Shown here: piece by piece, positions 54,701-64,000 of the stretch
Layout of the letters: every line of letters begins with the position of its first letter
Numbering within the stretch: the first letter of the stretch is position 1
Origin: the human T2T-CHM13v2.0 reference genome, Homo sapiens
Strand: one strand, 5' to 3'
Assembly: GCF_009914755.1 (NCBI RefSeq)
Contig: NC_060936.1
Length of the DNA stretch: 64,000 bases
The notes under the pieces: generated by a model
What the model was told of the DNA's origin: nothing
Databases searched by the model: none
The model's input: the letters and a program-made list of their open reading frames with translations, nothing else
Translations under genes and position numbers: made by a program

Positions 54701-54763
54701 ATTTTACAGTATGAAGAGAGTCCAAAGGAGGGAGGAACCACCAACCACCACCAGCTAATGAAT

Positions 54764-54930
54764 GCATGAGGTGCTCTGTCCCCTGTACCAGGAACTAGGG
54801 AAAAGGCAAAGGATGCCCTTGGAGAGCTGGAATTCGATCTCTTGGACGCATGAGGTGCTCTGTCCCCTCTACCAGGCACCAGGGAGAAGGCAAAGGATGC
54901 CCTTGGAGAGCTGGAATTCGATCTCTTAGG
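54764..54930. repeat. 84-bp two-copy tandem duplication
   Basis: GCATGAGGTGCTCTGTCCC...GGAATTCGATCTCTT starts at 54764 and 54848. Confidence 0.95.
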
Positions 54931-55029
54931 GTCTTCAAAGAATATTGCAGAGAACAAGTATCATCGGTTCCAAGAGAGGGTCCTCCTGGGCTGGAGCAGT
55001 CTGAGGAATGGGATTTATATGGATTCCTC

Positions 55030-55560
55030 CTTCCATTCAATACTTATTTATTCAGGGTGTACCGCTGGCCAGGCCCTAGAGGCTTCACAGTGAACAAGCC
55101 GTTCACGAAATTTATTCCCATGGGGACAGACAGGAAACAAGCACACCAAAGAACAAGATGCTTTCAGGAAGAACCTGTGAAGAACTCAAGTATCATAATG
55201 ACTTGCCCTTTGGAGAGGTCGAGAAAGGCTTCTTGGAGCAGCGTAATCTCTCTCATGAGAAGGATCCTCAGAGTGCAGACCCGGGTCATACACCTGCCTG
55301 GTGGCTGGGACAGCAGGTGCAAAGGCCATGAGGCATCACAAAGGGTGGAGGAGCAGAAAGCCCCATGTGGCTGAACTTAGTGAGCCAGGGAGAGCATGGT
55401 GGGAGGGGAGGTACAGGGGAGGCGCAGGAGACAGAGGATGCAGGGGCCTCGTCAGGACTCAGGAAGCCAGAGTGAAGCTTCAAGCGGGGAAGTTGTAGGA
55501 GCCCATTCACATTTTCGGAAGATCTCTTGGCGTACCAATAGTACCACAGAGGCAGGGGCT
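55030..55560 (-). mobile_element. L2 fragment
   Basis: CCATTCAATACTTATTTATTCAG start; GGGACAGCAGGTGCAAAGGCCATGAGGCA and TGTGGCTG motifs. Confidence 0.6.
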
Positions 55561-56954
55561 AGGCACAGGTGCGTCTGGTAAAATGTAGCATGCCAGACTC
55601 CCATCCCTTCCACGGGGCCCCTGTTCTGCTTCCCACTGGGCCAAATCCAGAGGCCTCTGCGTGTGCCAGGCAGGTGGCTGCAGGAACAATCGCAGGCCCA
55701 GCCCAGGGAGGCCGGCCAGACAAGACCCGCACAGCTCAGAGACAGCACAACATGCCGGGGCATCCTGTCGGCGTTCAGAGCTATGAGTGTGTAGTGGCCC
55801 CTGGAATGCTGAACCTGTGTCTCCTTTCCACTCTGATGTTTGGTCTCTCTCTTCTTTCTCAAGAACGCCTGTATTAATTTCTCATCTAGCAAGTCCCGAC
55901 CCTGCGGTTTCAGAACATGCCCTGTGCTGGGCCGGTGGGGTTTTCTAGGATGGAGAAAATGAGGTGGTGGGGTTGACTGACACTGAGGTCCAGGCCGGAC
56001 TTGGAAATCCATCTGCCAGCACGTGGTTTGTGTGAGCAGCTGTGAGCTCTGTTTAGGGTGTCTCCCTCTGTGATCACTGAGAACTGGCACTCTGCAGCCC
56101 ACTTGCAGGGTGTGGGCCTTCCCTTTATGGGGGCTCGGCTAACAGCACACAATAAGAAGGAAGAGGGGGTGTCCCACCAGAGATCGGCCTCCCCAGGAAC
56201 AGACTCAGTCCCTGTCCATCCCTCCAAGAGGACTTGACCTCAAACAAAAGAGAAAACTGGCAATCATGTGGCCTGCAGCACGAGCCCGTAATGAGTCCAT
56301 TTGACGTGCATCAAAAAGATCAATTTACTTCTCGGAGCTAAGCATCCAAACGATTTGATTTCTTTTGTCCGCTTAAAATCAATGTGTCTAATGGACTTGA
56401 AGGGCTGGGTTCTTAGATGACAGAGGCCTTTGTCAGGGAATCAATTAACCCATTGCAGAGATCTTCAGTTCAGACGTACACATCCCACGATTATTGTTGA
56501 AGAAAATAGCTCCTCTGCTACTGTACCAAAAAGGAAAATTAAAAAGTGTCTATGAAATGGATACACAGGGAGTTAATCCTGCCCTAGAGGAGCTCTTAGT
56601 GGCCAACAAGGGAAAGGGTTTATCCAGCAATTTGTTGAGTTTGCCAACATCAAAGAGAACGTAAACACGCAAGATGCTGTTGCTTGTCAATGTATACACC
56701 AGCTTCAAAGCTGAAGTCTGAGGATAGTGTCAATGGCCCAATTTAGACGTTATTAAAGGGTGCTTTGGGGAGTGAGCACATGAATTGAAATAAAAGGGTT
56801 GTGGCTACTTCTGGTTTAGAGGAACTCAATTTTTTCTCTTAATAAAAGCCCCCTAATTTCCTCAAGTAATTAACTTAATGTTCACTCCAATTTCTTTGTG
56901 AAAACTAACTTCGCTGAGCGGTGTGCCTTTCTTTGTGTGAGATTTCCATGGTAA

Positions 56955-57453
<499 letters not shown>

Positions 57454-58372
57454 TGAAACGGATCTGCTTGGGATTACTCCCTTGGGATGAAATATGGCCA
57501 GTTCTCTGTCAACAAATGTTTGACTCATCACAGGAGAGATTCCAGTCTCAAAAAAAGTGACTGAGGACAATAGTGAGCTCTCTGGGTCTGGAAATAAACG
57601 CAGCAGCAGGAGGGTATTCTTCTGTATTTGGCTTACAAGGTAATTTTAAATTACCCCAAATAGTAGAATATGTGACACCAGATTGATGGTATTTGACACT
57701 AGATTATTATTTTAACAGGTCAGAAAGGTTGAGGGGGGCACCTGGAGATTGGATCCTAAAACATTTTCTTGTGCACAGCCAGGGAGAGCAGCCGTGCCTG
57801 GCAGTGGGACCCACACACAGCTGGCAGCAGACCTGGCGCGCTCAGGCGCCCTGCTTGTGGCATCAGTGGACCTGCAGTGACCCCTAGTGCTCCAGAGGTG
57901 GCAGCTCAGGACAACTATTTCTTCCTCCAAGAACAAACGCATTGACATCTCCCTTCATACCCAACATGCACACGTTGTCAGGTCTTCATGGGTGAAATTA
58001 TATTTTTAAAAACTGGCAATGAGTCTTATCATCCCAAATTAATAAATAACATGGCCAAGCTCACACGCTTTCATTCAGGAAATCCTGCAATTCGGTGTCT
58101 ACAGCTATTATCTTGCACCCTCCATGCTGCCTAAAATATAAATTATCTTGCAATTGACTTAAAAATTGAAACATGAGAATTTATATCATATACATTCTTG
58201 AGTCAAACTTCAGTCATTCTTTAAAATCTGCCAAACAACTGATCACTTTCCAGTGAGTACAGCCACCCAGCACTGAGATTTTATAATGTTGGTTATTCAC
58301 ATGGATCGTTTCCAGACTAGAGGCTGCCAGCAGGATCCTCCACTTTTCCCTTGTCCTCCATCACCACCCTAC

Positions 58373-58700
58373 TGTCTTAGACTGCTCAGGCTTCTATAAC
58401 AAAAATACCATGGCTGGACGGCTTTAAAAAAAACAGACTTTAATTTATCACTTCTGGAGCCTAGAAGTCCAAGATCAAAGTGCCAGAAGATGCAGTGGCT
58501 GGTGAGGACCTGCTTCCTGGCCCGTCGATGGCACCTTCTCCTTGCCATAACCTCACACGGTGGGAGAGGAGAGACCAGGGGGCTCCTGGACCTCTGCTTT
58601 CCTGACTTAATCACCTCCCAAAGCCCCATCCTCCTGACACCATCACACTGGGGCTTAAGATTCCCACAGATGAATTCTGGGGATACATAGTTTATAGCAA
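58373..58700 (-). mobile_element. MLT1A/B-type MaLR LTR
   Basis: TGTCTTAG...CTATAACAAAATACCA...AAGTCCAAGATCAAAGTGCCAG...CACCATCACACTGGGG. Confidence 0.8.
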
Positions 58701-58764
58701 CTGCTTTCCAAGATAAAATGAGTCACTGGAAGAAAAGCAAAAATACTGATTCCTTCAGTGTTGC

Positions 58765-58930
58765 ATAAGAAAAAAGAAAAAGAGAAAGAAAGAGAGAGAG
58801 GAAGACGGAACAAAGGAAGGAAGGAAGGAAGGAAGGGAAGGAGGGATGGGATAGAGGGAGGGAGGGAGAGAGGGAGGGAAGAGAGGGAGGGAGCGAGGGA
58901 GGGAGGGAAGGAAGGAAGCAGTGGGGAAGA
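58765..58930. repeat. Polypurine (GGAA/GGGA/GA)n tract
   Basis: Read directly from the sequence. Confidence 0.93.
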
Positions 58931-59194
58931 GTCAGGGAGCACGCTATGTCTTGCCCTGGAAGAACATGATTTTGCGTGTGAGTTAGAGACAAGAGGGTTT
59001 GTAAGAAATTCGGAATCATGCCAGTATTGTGGAGAATCTTAGGGTTGGAGCATCCCAGCCATCACCTAATACAATCTTCTCACATTAGAGCTGAGGAAAA
59101 AAAAAAACTGAAAGAGGAAAGTCATAGACACAGTTATTGTTGCCTTTTAAAAACACTGCCATAAGGATACAATAATTTAGAAAATAAAAATCCA

Positions 59195-59457
59195 GCCAGG
59201 TACAGTGGCCCATATCTGTAAACCCAGCACTTTGGGAGGCCAAGGTGGGAGAATTGCTTGAGTCCAGGATTTTAAGACCAGCCTGGACAACCTAGTGAGA
59301 CCCTATCTCCACAAACAAAAAAAGGAAGGGAAATTATCTGGGTGTGGTGGTACACGCCTGCAGTCCTAGCTACTCTGGAGGGCGAGGCAGGTGGATCGCT
59401 TGAGTCCAAGAGTTCAAGACCAGCCTAGGCAACATAGTGAGACCCCATCTCTAAAAC

Positions 59458-59498
<41 letters not shown>

Positions 59499-59665
59499 GC
59501 AAAAGTAGCTGTGTGTGGTGGTACATTCCTGTAGTCCTAGCTACTTGAGAGGCTGAGGCAGAATGATTGCTTGAGGCCAGTCGTTCAAGGCTGCAATGAG
59601 CAATGATTTACTACACTCCATCCTGGGTGAGAGAGTGAGACCCTGTCTCAAAAAAAAAAAAAAAA
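59195..59665 (+). mobile_element. Three-monomer AluJ-like element with an internal (AAT)n microsatellite
   Basis: Left arm, hybrid arm and right arm; (AAT)~13 at 59458-59497; flanks AAAAATC(C/T)A. Confidence 0.85.
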
Positions 59666-60132
59666 TCTAACAAGAAAACACTTCTCATTGCCAAAACTGG
59701 CCTCTCCTAGTCAATATTTTCAGTTTGATCTGAAAGTGGCTATTCATGAGTATCCTTGGCTGTTTCTCAGGGACTGTTTCAAGTGAACTAAACTCCAAGC
59801 TGTTTAGGTTTGTTTTTCTCTTCTCTTTTCTTTTCCTTTTAATCTGGCACTCCTGAACTGGGACCACTTTGGAAATAACTTCTATAAAATCCATTATGAA
59901 AAATCTGTGCTTAAAACACATGTATTTATCAGATATTTCAAAATGCTTTCTAAAATTAGCCTTCAAAAAATGACAATTTAGCTAAATATTCCTTGCTAAC
60001 AAAACTAGTGTTCATCACATATGTGCCTACCTTGAGTGGATGCCTATTAATAAATTGCAGATGCTCTGATCATCCACCTTCTCGTGCTGGATGAAACCCA
60101 CTGTGTTTCAAATGCAAAACAGTGCAGTAGCT

Positions 60133-60217
60133 GAAGATTAATCTAGAGGTGGCACCTAAATCGGACCAAGTGCAGAAGATTAGTCTAGAGGTGGCACCTA
60201 AGTCGGACCAAGCGCAG
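60133..60217. repeat. 42-bp two-copy tandem duplication
   Basis: GAAGATTA(A/G)TCTAGAGGTGGCACCTAA(A/G)TCGGACCAAG(T/C)GCA occurs twice. Confidence 0.95.
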
Positions 60218-60403
60218 CACTGTCTGAGGACCTTTGAACCTGGAAGGAATGAGAATCTCGCTTTGGATATCTGGAATATATGATGCGAAACAGGGACGTT
60301 GCTGCTCAAATTTCCTGCCCCAGGATGGAGAACTAGAGGAAGTAACACGTGAAGAAGGATATTTAAGAGACAGAGAAAGTTTGGCTGCCATTGTAGTGCC
60401 TAG

Positions 60404-60741
<338 letters not shown>

Positions 60742-61156
60742 CATAAATGCCACTTTTTGCTTAAACTGGTCTAGATTGAGTTATCCTCTCACTACCAAAA
60801 GATCATCTCTCATCTGTCATCTCTCATCTAACTCAACCTCCTTGCTGGGCTCCTGCTTCCATCCTGATTTAACAAATACTGGAGAAATAGGAGTCAGATC
60901 TTGTCACTCTGGCTCAAAACTGTCCCATAGCTCCCAGCCCACTCAGTGCAAAGCTGAAGTCCCTGCAATGCCCTGCAAGGCTGTACATGAGCTGCCTCCT
61001 GTTTCAGCCAGCCAGGCTCCTCCTCCATCAGACACCAGCATCGTACTTGACAGACGCCTCTGCAGAGACTGCTCCCTCTGCTGGGAACAGCCTTCCATCA
61101 GATACCCGTAAGATTCTCTTTTCTCACGTCATTCTAGTCTCTGCTGAATATCACTA

Positions 61157-61488
<332 letters not shown>

Positions 61489-62031
61489 TGACATTTGCCT
61501 AGCATCACCCATCTCTTTCTATCTTCTCCTGTGCTATATTTCATGACATTCATCAACACCTAAATAGCCTATTTGTTCGATGTCTCACTCCCCACTCCCC
61601 CAGAGCTAGAATCTAAGCTCCCTGAGAGCCATAGCTTTGGCTGTTTTGTCTACTGGTCTGTTCTTATGGCTCAGGACACTGGAGAATCATGCAGACCCCC
61701 TGTAAGAGTGTTAAAATCAATTCCTCAATCAATGGCTTTTCTTCTCCCACCTCCTTACTTCACCCAGCCTGAAAGAAAATGTGTTCTTCCTCATATTTGA
61801 AGAGGAGACTTCACCTACTGTTTTTTGATGAAACAGTCATTTAGCTTAGTGAACATTCAATAAACTCAAGGGTGAAGTTCAGTTCATCGGACCACCCGTT
61901 TCACTTATGGGGAAGCTGAGACTGAGAGAAGCAAATGACTTGCCCCGGTTGTATTTTTTCCCATGGAAGGGGAGTCCCTGTGAAATTCACGATTACTTAT
62001 TATTTACCAGTTCTTCTTTCACTCAACACAT

Positions 62032-62293
62032 TTTTTTTTTTTTTTTTTTTGAGACAGAGTCCTGCTTACTCACCCAGGCTGGAGCACAGTGGCGCAATCT
62101 TGGCTCACTGCAACCTCTGCCTCCTGGGCTAAAGCGATAGTCCTGCCTCAGCCTCCTGAGTAGCTGGGACTACAGGCATGTGCCACCACGCCCAGCTAAT
62201 TTTTGTATTTTTAGTAGAGATGGAGTTTCGCCATGTTGGCCAGGCTAGTCTCAAACTCCTGACCTCAGGTGATCCGCCTGCCTCGGCCTCCCC
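62032..62293 (-). mobile_element. Alu (AluS-like), 5'-truncated
   Basis: Antisense Alu ending at CCTCGGCCTCCC. Confidence 0.93.
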
Positions 62294-62431
62294 ACTCAAT
62301 GCAATTTCGAGGCAGTGCTGCAGGGTGGCTCAAGTGGAGCCCCTGCTGGGGATAGGATTAGCAGCTATGTGACTGCCAAGTTACTTCCCCTTTCTGAGCC
62401 CTACATTCCTCGTCTTAAAAAATGTAGACTA

Positions 62432-62848
<417 letters not shown>

Positions 62849-63188
62849 TTACTATTTTCTACAGAAATAGGCATTTTTTTTTTCAAAATGTTTTGTTTTC
62901 CTTTTCAGTTTTCTATTTGGCTATCACGTAACTTACTGGGTTTCTGCAGAGTCAAGTCCAGGCACAGATTTTCTTAGCATGACGTTAAATTGTCTCCATG
63001 GGGCTCGAACTCCTCAGTGAAGGTCTTATTGGTTTTATGCTGACATCCGATCTCTGAAAACATCAATGAACAAGAAGAGGAACAATTCCTATAAATCTAC
63101 TTTACTCATGCTGGAGTTTGAAAATAAGTTTGATCTTTTGGCTAAAGTTTTGCTATTCTGCATAAAAACTTCCAAGGCTTGGAAAGTT

Positions 63189-63191
<3 letters not shown>

Positions 63192-63230
<39 letters not shown>
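63192..63230. repeat. (CA)~19 microsatellite
   Basis: Read directly from the sequence. Confidence 0.97.
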
Positions 63231-63233
<3 letters not shown>

Positions 63234-64000
63234 CACCTTTATGCAATTGCGAATTTTCCACGATGAGGAGTCTACAGCTCTCAGTTCTGTTTGTTGATTT
63301 TTCATTGCAGTGTACACGAGCTGGGGAAAAAATGCTGACTGGGATATAGACCAGTCTGTGGTGTAACATTTTCAGGTTTCGTACTTGCGTTGTTGCACCT
63401 CTGAGTTCAAGTTGAGTGTCAGACTTACCATTTTCAATGGTGTTGCTGGGGCGTTTATGTAACACGTGCAGCAGCAGGAAAACACGGCTGCTCACATGGG
63501 CGGGGAGATGGTGCCCATTCCTCACCAGCTGGACACCAGCCCCGTCCCGTGATCAACTGACCCTGGAGCTAAAGATAGAGGTCCCCCTTGTTCCCTTCCA
63601 AGACCAGTGAAGGTGCCCCCTTCCTTTTCCTCCTCCAAAACGTGCTTCCCCAGGTAGCTCTGCCTTCATGCTGGGTGAGGGAAGCCAAGACTATGTGAAC
63701 TGATGTTAAAATGAATAAGAAATGATTCCTGGCTGCAGCCCCAAACAGGTGAGTACCTGAGCCTTCAGAAACTGCAGGCACCAGCCCACTGGTTACCCCT
63801 GCTTTCCAGTCTTCCCAATCATGGCCCAGTCAATGTGGAGGAGAAACAGCCCATCCCTCCATTGTGAATTTCTGACCCACAAAATACGTGATCATTGAAA
63901 AAAGTTATTTTTATGCCATGGAGTCAGATCAGCCTGACTCTCTTCACCCCAAATAGGAAGGACCATAGTCCCATTGCTTAATCAGTCCCTGAGACCAGAG

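Overview
Human (primate) genomic DNA covering the 5' end of TMEM132D, transcribed on the minus strand. The gene is recognised from its N-terminal peptide [26 protein letters not shown]. The only supportable coding sequence is the 79-nt coding part of exon 1 (49573->49495), inside a CpG island (~49.3-50.85 kb). Positions 1-49494 are intron 1 and positions above ~50.3 kb are upstream flank. Most of the window is interspersed repeat (Alu, old L1, L2, MaLR/ERV LTRs, DNA transposons); subfamily names and edges were assigned by eye and are approximate. Highlights: (1) a ~305-bp, apparently non-transposon inverted repeat (46264-46569 / 47317-47621) about 1.9 kb into intron 1 that could fold the pre-mRNA into a long dsRNA hairpin; (2) a >5.3-kb 35-bp G-rich minisatellite that appears to have grown from the TATA-box segment of an MLT1A LTR and has higher-order blocks of 904/834/624/834 bp; (3) a strong-Kozak 16-codon uORF and a second in-frame start codon in exon 1; (4) several two-copy tandem duplications and candidate homeodomain/PBX-HOX enhancer clusters. 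The other ORFs in the track look spurious.
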